The translations under genes and the position numbers were made by a program. A stretch of 64,000 nt of DNA, taken from the NCBI RefSeq assembly GCF_006345805.1, contig NC_043010.1, positions 248,001-312,000 on the forward strand, given 5' to 3'. Shown piece after piece: positions 10,378 through 24,353 of the stretch (positions within the stretch are counted from its first letter, which is position 1; the number at the start of each line of letters is the position of its first letter). Source of the stretch: Octopus sinensis (taxonomy: Eukaryota). The notes under the pieces are model-generated. The model searched no databases and was not told the DNA's origin. It saw nothing but the letters and a program-made list of their open reading frames with translations.

Positions 10378-11960
10378 TTCTACAGGATTGAACCACTGCT
10401 TAAAAACATAACAGCATCCACTCCCGACTGAAGGGGACATTTTTTTCTAAGTTAAATGGTGGAAAATTATTTTCCAAATTAGGTCTGTCTGAAGACTATT
10501 TACAAATACAAGTAAATGAAAAATGCTCAAAATATTTGACAATAAATACACACAAAGGATTGTACAGATACACACGATTACCTTTTGGATTAAAAGTTGC
10601 ACCAGCAATATTCCAGCAGATCATGGATACTAAGTTATCTGATTGTGAATTTGCAATCCTTTACTTGGACGATATTTTGATCAGGAGTAATTCTTGCGAA
10701 CAGCATGTGGAACATAAAAACTGTGTTTAAGAAAATTAAAGTTTTGGGGTTCACTTTGAGCGAAGACAAATGTGAATTATTCTACCCCAAATTAAGTACT
10801 TAGGGCAATTATTTAATAAAAGTGTAAGACGTCCTGACCCGTCGAGGGCAGACGCAATAAGGAATATTACTGCGCCGACAAATATTCCAACTTCACAAGC
10901 ATTTCTTGGATCGGCAAATTATTATTCCTAATATTGCACGAGTTAAGAGCTTATTAAAAAACGACTTATTAAAAAAAATGAGTAAAGTGGAATTGGTCCA
11001 TTAAATGACAGAACACTTTTGAAGCACATTATGATTTCAAAATGGTCATCACTGTAGTATCTGATGCTCCCGAGCACGGATTAGGTGCAGTTCTGCTTCA
11101 TAAATACGAAGACGAAGTACAAAACCAGTGGTTCATGTTTCGTGCTCGCTAAAAGCGACAGAGAAGAGATATAGTTAAATTGAAAAGGAGGCCCTAGAAA
11201 TTATTTTTACAGTTAAAAAATTTCACTGGTTTCTGCATGGCAGAAGTTCTTTTATTGCAAACAGACCACAGACCTTTGCTGTTGATTTATTGGTCTAAAA
11301 AAGTGTTCCAACTACATTACAAAAAGATGTATAACAACAATTTCACGGCGAACATCCAGGAATGGCAAGGATGGGGGCTCTGATGAGGAGTTATGTCTAT
11401 TGGCCGTCTACAGACCGAGATATCTAAAACTTGGTGAGAACCTGCCGAGGTTGCGCGCTCGGTAAATATCAATCACGGCCAGAGATGGAGAACCCATGGT
11501 CAAGGTTACGCATTGACTATGCCATACCGGTAGACGGCGCTTACTACCTAATCATAGTAGATTGCTGTACCAAGTGGCCGGAAGTTTGCAGGTGCTATAG
11601 ATCAACCTCTAAGACAACTATAAAGTTCTTATACGAATTGTTTGCACGATACGGTATCCCTAACACGCTAGTTTCAGACAACAGAACGTAGATCTCTGAG
11701 TATAAATTCAAGAACTTCGGTAAAAGACCTGCGATAAAGCATATTTTCACTTCACCCTACCACCCGAGGTCAAACGGGCAGGTAGAAAGATTTGTGGACA
11801 CCTTTAAGAGGGCGTTAAGAAAAGCGAGGAATAAATTAAGTAAAGACGAAGCACTGACAAATTTCTTAAGAATATACAGAGTGACCCCCCAATCAGGGAA
11901 GTCTCCCGCAGAATTGATAACCTATTAACAAAAAAAAAAAAAGACGAAAAGAAAATACGA

Positions 11961-14900
11961 AAGAGCCAACGGAAAACGTCGAGATGGGTGATAAAGTGCA
12001 TTTCAGAAACGAAGAGCCAACGGAAAACGCCGAGATAGGTGATAAAGTGCATTTCAGAAACGAAGAGCCAACGGAAAACGTCGAGATGGGTGATAAAGTG
12101 CATTTCAGAAACGAAGAGCCAACGGAAAACGTCGAGATAGGTGATAAAGTGCATTTCAGAAACGAAGAGCCAACGGAAAACGTCGAGATGGGTGATAAAG
12201 TGCATTTCAGAAACGAAGAGCCAACGGAAAACGTCGAGATGGGTGATAAAGTGCATTTCAGAAACGAAGAGCCAACGGAAAACGCCGAGATAGGTGATAA
12301 AGTGCATTTCAGAAACGAAGAGCCAACGGAAAACGTCGAGATGGGTGATAAAGTGCATTTCAGAAACGAAGAGCCAACGGAAAACGCCGAGATAGGTGAT
12401 AAAGTGCATTTCAGAAACGAAGAGCCAACGGAAAACGCCGAGATGGGTGATAAAGTGCATTTCAGAAACGAAGAGCCAACGGAAAACGCCGAGATAGGTG
12501 ATAAAGTGCATTTCAGAAACGAAGAGCCAACGGAAAACGTCGAGATGGGTGATAAAGTGCATTTCAGAAACGAAGAGCCAACGGAAAACGCCGAGATAGG
12601 TGATAAAGTGCATTTCAGAAACGAAGAGCCAACGGAAAACGCCGAGATAGTGTGATAAAGTGCATTTCAGAAACGAAGAGCCAACGGAAAACGTCGAGAT
12701 GGGTGATAAGTGCATTTCAGAAACGAAGAGCCAACGGAAAACGTCGAGATGGGTGATAAAGTGCATTTCAGAAACGAAGAGCCAACGGAAAACGCCGAGA
12801 TAGGTGATAAAGTGCATTTCAGAAACGAAGAGCCAACGGAAAACGTCGAGATGGGTGATAAAGTGCATTTCAGAAACGAAGAGCCAACGGAAAACGTCGA
12901 GATGGGTGATAAAGTGCATTTCAGAAACGAAGAGCCAACGGAAAACGTCGAGATGGGTGATAAAGTGCATTTCAGAAACGAAGAGCCAACGGAAAACGCC
13001 GAGATAGGTGATAAAGTGCATTTCAGAAACGAAGAGCCAACGGAAAACGTCGAGATGGGTGATAAAGTGCATTTCAGAAACGAAGAGCCAACGGAAAACG
13101 TCGAGATGGTGATAAAGTGCATTTCAGAAACGAAGAGCCAACGGAAAACGTCGAGATGGGTGATAAAGTGCATTTCAGAAACGAAGAGCCAACGGAAAAC
13201 GTCGAGATAGGTGATAAAGTGCATTTCAGAAACGAAGAGCCAACGGAAAAACGTCGTCGAGATGGGTGATAAAGTGCATTTCAGAAACGAAGAGCCAACG
13301 GAAAACGCCGAGATAGGTGATAAAGTGCATTTCAGAAACGAAGAGCCAACGGAAAACGCCGAGATAGGTGATAAAGTGCATTTCAGAAACGAAGAGCCAA
13401 CGGAAAACGCCGAGATAGGTGATAAAGTGCATTTCAGAAACGAAGAGCCAACGGAAAACGCCGAGATAGGGTTAAAAGTGCATTTCAGAAACGAAGAGCC
13501 AACGGAAAACGCCGAGATAGGTGATAAAGTGCATTTCAGAAACGAAGAGCCAACGGAAAACGCCGAGATAGGTGATAAAGTGCATTTCAGAAACGAAAAG
13601 AAGAGCCAACGGAAAACGCCGAGATAGGTGATAAAGTGCATTTCAGAAACGAAGAGCCAACGGAAAACGCCGAGATAGGTGATAAAGTGCATTTCAGAAA
13701 CGAAGAGCCAACGGAAAACGTCGAGATGGGTGTATAAAGTGCATTTCAGAAACGAAGAGCCAACGGAAAACGTCGAGAGGAGTGATAAAGTGCATTTCAG
13801 AAACGAAGAGCCAACGGAAAACGCCGAGATAGGTGATAAAGTGCATTTCAGAAACGAAGAGCCAACGGAAAACGCCGAGATAGGTGATAAAGTGCATTTC
13901 AGAAACGAAGAGCCAACGGAAAACGTCGAGATGGGTGATAAAGTGCATTTCAGAACGAAGAGCCAACGAAAACGAACGCCGAGATAGGTGAATAAAGTGC
14001 ATTTCAGAAACGAAGAGCCAACGGAAAACGCCGAGATAGGTGATAAAGTGCATTTCAGAAACGAAGAGCCAACGGAAAACGCCGAGATAGGTGATAAAGT
14101 GCATTTCAGAAACGAAGAGCCAACGGAAAACGCCGAGATAGGTGATATAAAGTGCATTTCAGAAACGAAGAGCCAACGGAAACAAGCCGAGATAGGTGAT
14201 AAAGTGCATTTCAGAAACGAAGAGCCAACGGAAAAACGCCGAGATAGGTGATAAGTGCATTTCAGAACGAAGAGCCAACGGAAAACGCCGAGATAGGTGA
14301 TAAAGTGCATTTCAGAAACGAAGAGCCAACGGAAAACGCCGAGATAGGTGATAAAGTGCATTTCAGAAACGAAGAGCCAACGGAAAACGCGAGATAGGTG
14401 ATAAAGTGCATTTCAGAAACGAAGAGCCAACGGAAAACGCCGAGATAGGTGATAAAGTGCATTTCAGAAACGAAGAGCCAACGGAAAACGCCGAGATAGG
14501 TGATAAAGTGCATTTCAGAAACGAAGAGCCAACGGAAAACGCCGAGATGGGTGATAAAGTGCATTTCAGAAACGAAGAGCCAACGGAAAACGCCGAGATG
14601 GGTGATAAAGTGCATTTCAGAAACGAAGAGCCAACGGAAAACGCCGAGATAGGTGATAAAGTGCATTTCAGAAACGAAGAGCCAACGGAAAACGCCGAGA
14701 TAGGTGATAAAGTGCATTTCAGAAACGAAGAGCAACGGAAAACGCCGAGATAGGTGATAAAGTGCATTTCAGAAACGAAGAGCCAACGGAAAACGCCGAG
14801 ATAGGTGATAAAGTGCATTTCAGAAACGAAGAGCCAACGGAAAACGCCGAGATAGGTGATAAAGTGCATTTCAGAAACGAAGAGCCAACGGAAAACCGCC

Positions 14901-17900
14901 GAGATAGGTGATAAAGTGCATTTCAGAAACGAAGAGCCAACGGAAAACGCCGAGATAGGTGATAAAGTGCATTTCAGAAACGAAGAGCCAACGGAAAACG
15001 CCGAGATAGGTGATAAAGTGCATTTCAGAAACGAAGAGCCAACGGAAAAACGCCGGAATAGGTGATAAAGTGCATTTCAGAAACGAAGAGCCAACGGAAA
15101 ACGCCGAGATGGGTGATAAAGTGCATTTCAGAAACGAAGAGCCAACGGAAAACGCCGAGATAGGTGATAAAGTGCATTTCAGAACGAAGAGCCAACGGGA
15201 AACGCCGAGATAGGTGATAAAGTGCATTTCAGAAACGAAGAGCCAACGGAAAACGCCGAGATAGGTGATAAAGTGCATTTCAGAAACGAAGAGCCAACGG
15301 AAAACGCCGAGATGGGTGATAAAGTGCATTTCAGAAACAAAGAGCCAAAGGAAAACGCCGAGAATGGTGATAAAGTGCATTTCAGAAACGAAGAGCCAAC
15401 GGAAAACGCCGAGATAGGTGATAAAGTGCATTTCAGAAACGAAGAGCCAAAGGAAAACGCCGAGAAAGGTGATAAAGTGCATTTCAGAAACGAAGAGCCA
15501 ACGGAAAACGCCGAGATGGGTGATAAAGTGCATTTCAGAAACGAAGAGCCAACGGAAAACGCCGAGATGGGTGATAAAGTGCATTTCAGAAACAAAGAGC
15601 CAAAGGGAAAAGCCGAGAAAGGTGATAAAGTGCATTTCAGAAACGAAGAGCCAACGGAAAAGCCGAGAGATAGGTGGTAAAGTGCATTTCAGAAACGAAG
15701 AGCCAAAGGAAAACGCCGAGAAGGTGATAAAGTGCATTTCAGAAACGAAGAGCCAACGGAAAATGCCGAGATGGGTGATAAAGTGCATTTCAAAACGAAG
15801 AGCCAACGGAAAACGCCGAGAGGGTGATAAAGTGCATTTCAGAAACGATGAGCCAACGGAAAACGCGAGATAGGTGGTGATAAAGTGCATTTCAGGAACG
15901 AAGAGCCAACGGAAAACGCCGAGATGGGTGATAAAGTGCATTTCAGAAACGAAGAACCAACGGAAAACGCCGAGATGGGTGATAAAGTGCATTTCAGAAA
16001 CGAAGAGCCAACGGAAAACGCCGAGATAGGTGATAAAGTGCATTTCAGAAACGAAGAGCCAACGGAAAACGTCGAGATGGGTGATAAAGTGCATTTCAGA
16101 AACGAAGAGCCAACGGAAAACGCCGAGATAGGTGATAAAGTGCATTTCAGAAACGAAGAGCCAACGGAAAACGCCGAGATAGGTGATAAAGTGCATTTCA
16201 GAAACGAAGAGCCAACGGAAAACGTCGAGATGGGTGATAAAGTGCATTTCAGAAACGAAAGCCAACGGAAAACGTCGAGATGGGTGATAAAGTGCATTTC
16301 AGAAACGAAGAGCCAACGGAAAACGTCGAGATGGGTGATAAAGTGCATTTCAGAAACGAAGAGCCATCGGAAAACGCCGAGATAGGTGATAAAGTGCATT
16401 TCAGAAACGAAGAGCAACGGAAAACGCCGAGATAGGTGATAAAGTGCATTTCAGAAACGAAGAGCCAACGGAAAACGCACGAGATAGGTGATAAAGTGCA
16501 TTTCAGAAACGAAGAGCCAACGGAAAACGCCGAGATAGGTGATAAAGCATTTCAGAAACGAAGAGCCAACGGAAAACGCCGAGATAGGTGATAAAGTGCA
16601 TTTCAGAAACGAAGAGCCAACGGAAAACGCCGAGATAGGTGATAAAGTGCATTTCAGAAACGAAGAGCCAACGGAAAACGCCGAGATGGGTGATAAAGTG
16701 CATTTCAGAAACGAAGAGCCAACGGAAAACCGCGAGATAGGTGATAAAGTGCATTTCAGAAACGAAGAGCCAACGGAAAACGCCGAGATAGGTGATAAAG
16801 TGCATTTCAGAAACGAAGAGCCAACGGAAAACGCCGAGATAGGTGATAAAGTGCATTTCAGAAACGAAGAGCCAACGGAAAACGCCGAGATAGGTGATAA
16901 AGTGCATTTCAGAAACGAAGAGCCAACGGAAAACGCCGAGATAGGTGATAAAGTGCATTTCAGAAACGAAGAGCCAACGGAAAACGCCGAGATAGGTGAT
17001 AAAGTGCATTTCAGAAACGAAGAGCCAACGGAAAACGCCGAGATAGGTGATAAAGTGCATTTCAGAAACGAAGAGCCAACGGAAAACGCCGAGATAGGTG
17101 ATAAAGTGCATTTCAGAAACGAAGAGCCAACGGAAAACGCCGAGATGGGTGATAAAGTGCATTTCAAAACGAAGCCAACGGAAAACGCCGAGATAGGTGA
17201 TAAAGTGCATTTCAGAAACGAAGAGCCAACGGAAAACGCCGAGATAGGTGATAAAGTGCATTTCAGAAACGAAGAGCCAACGGAAAACGCCGAGATAGGT
17301 AATAAAGTGCATTTCAGAAACGAAGAGCCAACGGAAAACGCCGAGATAGGTGATAAGTGCATTTCAGAAACGAAGAGCCAACGGAAAACGCCGAGATAGG
17401 TGATAAAGTGCATTTCAGAAACGAAGAGCCAACGGAAAACGCCGAGATAGGTGATAAAGTGCATTTCAGAAACGAAGAGCCAACGGAAAACGCCGAGATA
17501 GGTGATAAAGTGCATTTCAGAAACGAAGAGCCAACGGAAAACGCCGAGATAGGTGATAAAGTGCATTTCAGAAACGAAGAGCCAACGGAAAACGCCGAGA
17601 TAGGTGATAAAGTGCATTTCAGAAACGAAGAGCCAACGGAAAACGCCGAGATAGGTGATAAAGTGCATTTCAGAAACGAAGAGCCAACGGAAAACGCCGA
17701 GATAGGTGATAAAGTGCATTTCAGAAACGAAGAGCCAACGGAAAACGCCGAGATGGGTGATAAAGTGCATTTCAGAAACAAAGAGCCAAAGGAAAACGCC
17801 GAGAATGGTGATAAAGTGCATTTCAGAAACGAAGAGCCAACGGAAAACGCCGAGATAGGTGATAAAGTGCATTTCAGAAACGAAGAGCCAAGGAAAACGC

Positions 17901-18337
17901 CGAGAAGGTGATAAAGTGCATTTCAGAAACGAAGAGCCAACGGAAAACGCCGAGATGGGTGATAAAGTGCATTTCAGAAACGAAGAGCCAACGGAAAACG
18001 CCGAGATGGGTGATAAAGTGCATTTCAGATACAAAGAGCCAAAGGAAAACGCCGAGAAAGGTGATAAAGTGCATTTCAGAAACGAAGAGCCAACGGAAAA
18101 CGCCGAGATAGGTGGTAAAGTGCATTTCAGAAACGAAGAGCCAAAGGAAAACGCCGAGAAAGGTGATAAAGTGCATTTCAGAAACGAAGAGCCAACGGAA
18201 AATGCCGAGATGGGTGATAAAGTGCATTTCAGAAACGAAGAGCCAACGGAAAACGCCGAGATGGGTGATAAAGTGCATTTCAGAAACGATGAGCCAACGG
18301 AAAACGCCGAGATAGGTGATAAAGTGCATTTCAGAAA
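11961..18337 (+). repeat. Tandem array of a 51-bp unit (~125 copies, ~6.4 kb) derived from integrase C-terminal coding sequence
   Basis: Unit GAAACGAAGAGCCAACGGAAAACGCCGAGATAGGTGATAAAGTGCATTTCA encodes 17 aa (NEEPTENAEIGDKVHFR); no unique spacers; flanked on both sides by integrase sequence. Confidence 0.97.
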
Positions 18338-18384
18338 GGATAAAGAAGGCTGAAAAGACGGTCGTGTATTTGGAAGTAGACTCT

Positions 18385-18785
18385 TTACTCTCTCTTTTAC
18401 TTGTTTCAGTCATTTGACTGCGGCCATGCTGGAGCACCGCCTTTAGTCGAGCAATTCGATCCCCGGGACTTATTCTTTGTAAGCCCAGTACTTATTCTAT
18501 CGCTCACTTTTGCCGAACCACTAAGTGTCGGGGCGTAAACACACCAGCATCGGTTGTCAAGCAATGCTAGGGGGACAAACACACAAACACACACACATAT
18601 ATACATATATATACATATATACGACAGGCTTCTTTCAGTTTCCGTCTACCAAATCCACTCACAAGGCATTGGTCGGCTCGGGGCTATAGTAGAAGACACT
18701 TGCCCAAGATGCCACGCAGTGGGACTGAACCCGGATCCATGTGGTTGGTTTGCAAGCTACTTACCACACAGCCACTCCTGCGCCT
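18385..18785 (-). mobile_element. tRNA-derived SINE, family 2 (internal CA/TA microsatellite)
   Basis: Minus-strand head GGCGCAGGAGTGGCTGTGTGGTAAG...GGTTCAGTCC (A/B-box-like); many homologous copies in the window. Confidence 0.85.
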
Positions 18786-19001
18786 ATGATGTATGATGTA
18801 TTTGATTAAAGGGTTACTTGGTCAACATAAGACACATACAAAACCAACTAAGGAAGAGGCATAGCCAAGATCAGGAAGAAATTCCCATGGAAGTATTCTG
18901 TGAAATATTCGATGTAGCGGTACCAAAAGTAATTGAGTCCCGTAGAATCAGCATAAGGAAAAGAAAGCAGACCGAACACCTTGAGATAATACCCAAACGA
19001 A

Positions 19002-19052
<51 letters not shown>

Positions 19053-19167
19053 ACATGATCACATGACTGACCAGGCAATCAGATGTTGCTACACATCGCT
19101 GGTCACAATGCGCTTCGCATTGTTCTAGCCTTCAAACGACGCCACCTTGCTGGCTAAGCGAGCAGGC

Positions 19168-19232
<65 letters not shown>

Positions 19233-19341
19233 AACAAAAAATTCTTTATTCTTTTGGAATACGAAGTCTCAAAAGAGGAGATGTTGTGCGAGAGTACGAC
19301 GCTCCCTGGCGAGAATGGACTGGACCACTATATATAAACAT

Positions 19342-20225
19342 TAGCAGTCTGAGTAAGTGAGTTAGTTCGTGAGTCAGGGAATGGTGGTATTGATCACTCT
19401 ACTTAACGAAGAGTTGAAGATTCTGGCCAAGGTTTTAGCAGAAAGGTTGGTGAAAGTTGTGGATAGTATCGTCGTGGAGGCGCAAGCCAGCACCATCCCT
19501 GGCAAGACCATACACGATAATATCCACCTTAAACGCTATACCTTAGAAAGGATAAATAGGATTCCTGTCAATCCAAAGCCATTGATAGGGGAGACCATCG
19601 GCATCTGGTGGCGGTCCTCGAGGTGGCCGGTTTTGGCCCGACATTCCGCGGCCGGATCAATGCTTTATATAGCAACATCAAGTCAGTAATTCCGGTGAAC
19701 AGTTTCTTTTCAAAGCTGTTCAGTATCGATCGCTCGGTTCGTCAAGGTTGTCCACTCTCACCACTGCTGTATGTATGGCTATCGAGTCACTACTGTGGAG
19801 ATTGGAGGCGACAAGTGGAGACCTGCAAGATCTAGGGTATGGAAAGTCAGTCACAACATGTACGGACGATGTCACTGTCATTGTATCCAGGGACCAGGAC
19901 CTACAGAGGGTAGGTGAGGCCCTAAAGGATTACGAAGCGGTGGCAGGAGCAAGAATTAACCGGGATAAGTCGGTCGGCTTGCAGCTCGGCACCTGGAGAG
20001 GCAAGTCGATGCCGTGCAACAGCGTCGTCGGGCGCTGGACAGACGATCCGGTGAAAATACTTGGAATCTGGTTTGGTCCAGACCTCCAGATAGAGAAGAA
20101 TTGGAGCGAAGTTACGGGTAGGGTGGCGTCCATAACTCAGACCTGGTCTGGTGGAGGCTATCCCTGAAAGGGAGGACGGAGGTAGCAAATGTGTTTAGCG
20201 CACTTGTCATTACCTACCGCCTAAC
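19342..20225 (+). pseudogene. Tx1/L1-clade ORF2 reverse transcriptase fragment
   Basis: NEELKILAKVLAERL, RSVRQGCPLSPLLYV, TDDVTV, GARINRDKS, VKILGIWFG. Confidence 0.88.
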
Positions 20226-20639
20226 CTAACGTACTCACACACTCATACGCACATATAAAAGCACACGTACACACACAGCGACACACTCTCACACACATCA
20301 CCTAACCTCACCACCACGTCCGTCTACTGCTAAACAAAATCTGTAGCGTCTGGCTTTTCAATAAAATGCATACATTAAGTATGCCACCTAGATAATAATT
20401 TTACTTGAGAGCTTCTATTGCACAGTTCAAATTGTATTCAGCCTAAGCTGCATCGTAGCAAGCCATGTTTATATTTTCGACAAGCTGATTTGTCACTTTT
20501 GGGCCAATTTCATTTTGTATTTTTTAATAGAATATGTCTATAAAGTATTTTAAGTCCTGGATAAAAGCTGCGGTATCTGGCTTTTTAACAATACACATAT
20601 GTTAAGTATGTCATATAGATAATGATTTTACTCGAGCTG

Positions 20640-21075
20640 CCTACTCAGTTCAAAATACCTGGACCTCATCCTACCTTCCCCCAGTCACTTACCTCCCATT
20701 CCACGTCCAAGATACCAATCATACTCTCCATCTTTTGAATTCCTTTTTCTTCCCACTGAGCCCCTCCCACTAACGTGACCATGAAATCCTTCTATACTGT
20801 CATCGCCCACAATGATGACCTCCTGGCCCTTCAGTACCTTCGCAACCATGGTACTGTATTCAAATCCAGCTTATCTACACTTCTTCACCTCTCTGGACTC
20901 GTTCTCCCCACCCCCCAACTGCTTCACGTTTTCAGGTGAAGTTTATCATCAGTTGTCTGGGATCGTCATGGGAGCGAGAATGAACCTCATCGTCCCCAGC
21001 TTATTTGTTAGGCCAAAATCTCTCAATTCACTGGACCAACCCCAAAGCTGTACAGCTGGTCTTTCGCCCCTCTCT
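20640..21075 (+). pseudogene. Penelope-like element RT fragment
   Basis: QDTNHTLH, KSFYTVIAHND, NCFTFSGEVYHQLSGIVMG motifs. Confidence 0.75.
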
Positions 21076-21129
21076 TGAGATCACCTAGAGAAACTTCTGA
21101 AAAAGCCTGAAGTGTGTTGTTCTTGGTAT

Positions 21130-23342
21130 TGTGGCAAAGCGACGTTCCATCTGAAACACACAAGACTACAAAAGTGATCAGTGCCTAAGCACATTCATAG
21201 TCTGCCTTTGAAAACTGTTGAAAAGTAGGCTGAGCTCTCTATCAAGTTGGACACTACTCAACACTGTTGATATCAATCATGACATAGAATCATCTTGAAA
21301 GGCTCGGCACTCTGCATCTGTAGCGGTTCTTGGTCTTCCTGTTCGTAAACATCAAGATTGGTTCAACGATAACAACACAGATGTCCAACAGTGGATAGAT
21401 AAAATGCACAGCTCTCACAAAACTTGGATAAATGATAAAGAGAATGCCTACAAGAAATGCAGAGGCCAGGTCCAACATGCTCTGAGACAGATGAAGGAAA
21501 CTTGGTGGTTTTTCAAGGCTACTGAACTCCTGCAGACAGAAAGGATTCTAAAGCCTCTTATGATGGCCTCAAGAAAGTGTATGGTCCTCAAGAGCACGGT
21601 GTTACTCCTACTTTTTCATCAAATAGAGAGACACTGCATACTGACAAATCTGACATCCTGAAACGATGGAAAGATCACTTTGAAACTCCATCTCAGTCAC
21701 TAAAGACGACGTCATAATGTCGGTTCCACAGCATACTTTAATACTTGGACTGTCTCTGGAGCCAACCTTACTGGAAGTGGTAAATTCTATTAAGCAGATC
21801 TCTTCTGGTGAAACACCTGGAAGTGATGCTATCCCTCCTGAAATTTAAAAACATGGTGGACAGAAGCTTTTTTAAGAAATTGCATGACCTCTTCATAAAT
21901 ATTTGAAAGGTAGGCTGTGTACCTCAGGACTTCTAGGATGCCTCAATTTAACATCTGTATAAGAACAAAGGAAATAGAAGTGTCTGTGATAATCATTGTG
22001 GTATATCGCTTTTGTCTATTGCTGGTAAGATTCTTGCTCGACTTATTCTTGACAAGATCTTCAAACACGTTGTAAATATCTATTCAGAATCACAGTGCGG
22101 ATTTCGCTCTGGTCGTGGCACTATCGACATGTTCTTTTCCCTTCGACAAGTCATGGAGAAGGTATGTGAGAAAAATCAAGAGTTGTTCTTGATATTCGTT
22201 GAACTTACTAAGGCCTTCGACACTTAAATAGCAAACACTATGGAAAGTTCTGAAAAAGCTTGGTACACCTGACAAGATGTTGAATGTTATCATCTCCTTT
22301 CATGAGGAATTGAAAGATGCTGTCGTGTCCGGTGGGGAATCTTCGGCTCCCTTTGACGTTACAAACGGCACAAAGCAAGGGTGTGCTCCTGTTTTGTTTG
22401 CACTTTTCTTTTCTTTTCAGTGATGCTGAGGTATGCTTTTGGCGTACAAAGTGGTGTCAAATTCCACTTTCGAACAAGTGGTGGACTATTCAATCATCAG
22501 CGTTTTCAAAGCCAGAACACTGCTATGCATCAGTATCATTCGTGATCTGCTTTTTGCGGATGATACTGCACCAGTAGCGACCTCTTTAGAGGAATCGAAA
22601 GAACATCTAAACAGTTTTCTGCTGCATGTAAAGTCTTTGGTTTGACCATCAGCATAAAGAAGACGTACTCCTAAACAAATTCGGTGTCAAGCAGAGGCCA
22701 CCGGTTCACAATTTTCCTGACACTCCTATACAGGTTGATGTGAGAAGCGTAAATTATGCTAAGTCATTTACATGTCTTGGTAGTAAAGTGAATTTGAGCG
22801 CTTCTCTTGATGATGAAATCGTCAACCGTCTTGCAAAGGCAATCAACGCATTTGGCAAACTCCGTCATCGCCTATCGAATGAAAACGGCATCAAACTTTA
22901 CACCAAAGTAGGGGTCTATAAAGCAGCCGTTCTTACTACTCTCTTGTATGGCTCAGAATCGTGGACACCCTATAGACGACACATTAACCAACTAGACATC
23001 TTCCACAAAGACTGTCGGAGGACAATCTGCGGTTATTCCCTAAAAGACAAAATTTCTTATACCGACTTGTTTAGTAAGTGTAAGATTGGTGGACTTGAGA
23101 GCTTCCTTATACAATGACAATTGCGCTGGGCTGGCCATGTCGTCAGAATGAGTGACAAAAGAATACTTAAAGTCTTCATGTACAACCAGCCTGAGAGTGG
23201 AGACAGGAATGTTGGTCAACCATGGGTCAGATATAAGGACAAGCTGAAGGGTAACCTCTTAGTGATGAAGATAGCTCACAAAACGTTTGAACGAACAGCC
23301 TTAGTACGAACAAAATGGAGATCGTTCTCAAAATGGTATTAA
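21130..23342 (+). pseudogene. RTE-clade LINE ORF, degraded
   Basis: HQDWFNDN, GISLLSIAGKILAR, ESQCGFRSGRGTIDM, LTKAFDT, GTKQG, DLLFADD, LLYGSESWT, RWAGHVVRM. Confidence 0.9.
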
Positions 23343-23384
23343 AAGACTATATATATGTGTGTGTGTATATACATACATACACAC

Positions 23385-23439
<55 letters not shown>

Positions 23440-23448
<9 letters not shown>

Positions 23449-23993
23449 GACATGCTTTCACATAGTTTCCACCTGCCAAATACATTCACAAGGTACTAGT
23501 CGAACCGGTGCTATAGTAGAAAACACTTACCCGAGGTACCGTGCAGTGGGACTGAACCCAAAATCATGTTGCAAAGTGAGCTTGTTAACTACACAGGCAT
23601 GCCTCTGTGTATTCATTAAAATACATCTAGTCAGAATCAAATAGTACTGACTGAAAAACTGGGAAAATAAAATGGCAGGTTTGGCAGAATCCTTAAAGCC
23701 TTAGACGCAAAAGGCTCGCATCTTTTACATTCTGAGTTCAAATCTTGCCAAGATCAACTTTGTCTTTCATCCATGTAATCTTCTGTCTTTTACTTGATTC
23801 AGCCATGGTGGGGCACTGCCGTCAAGAATTTTTAGTCGATTGAATCGAACCCCGTGATTGTATTTCTTAAACCTGGTACTGATTGTATCGGAATCTCTTG
23901 CCGGACCGCTAGATTACGGGGACGTAAACTCACACCAGTTGTCAATCAGCACTGGGGGACAAACACAGATAAAAGACACACACACACACATAC

Positions 23994-24070
<77 letters not shown>

Positions 24071-24230
24071 GACAAACTTCTTTCAGTTTCCGTCTACCAA
24101 ATCCACTCACAAGGCTTTGGTCGGCCCGAGGTTATAATAGAAAGCACTTGCCCATGGTACTCCCCAGTGGGACTGAACCGGGAACCATAAGGTTGGGAAG
24201 TAAACTTCTTACGACGCAGCTACGCCTGCA
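23440..24230 (-). mobile_element. Two family-2 SINE copies with (TA)n tracts
   Basis: Homologous to 18385-18785 (ACAAGG..TTGGTCGG, GCAGTGGGACTGAACC). Confidence 0.8.
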
Positions 24231-24353
24231 TCAATAAAATTAAGTCCGCTGACACTTGAGTTTAAGTCACTACTTTCACTTTCGTCAATCAGCTGCTTGT
24301 TTGATTTCATCTGGCAGCTGGTAAATATTATTATTATTATTTCACCTGTTTAA

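Larger units (their letters stand above)
7064..19005 (+). mobile_element. Degraded Mag-type Ty3/Gypsy element (U5 remnant, PBS, gag, pol) with nested insertions; no 3' LTR seen
   Basis: gag FTYNPEEDITFPVYYRRYEE, KSLIFVQGL, two CCHC knuckles; PR LDSGSDISII; RT CADFSTG, YTRLPFG, YLDDI; RNase H SDAPEHGLGAVL; IN PWSRLRIDY, LVSDN, YHPRSNGQVERFV; CTD GDKVHFR...RHIQNQLRKRH...RRISIRKRK to ~19005. Confidence 0.9.

Noticed and set aside
11961-18337. CRISPR array interpretation of the 51-bp repeat
   Set aside because: Units are contiguous with no unique spacers, no cas genes are present, the context is eukaryotic, and the unit derives from flanking integrase sequence.
11804-18437. Long ORFs of 400-560 aa on both strands (MHFITYLGVFRW..., KCTLSPISAF...)
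   Set aside because: They result from a stop-free 51-bp unit read in other frames; the host pol is a pseudogene and there is no independent coding evidence.
20340-20650. Two diverged ~90-bp direct repeats (near 20345 and 20570)
   Set aside because: Old and AT-rich, with no termini or coding signal; too weak to assign a structure.
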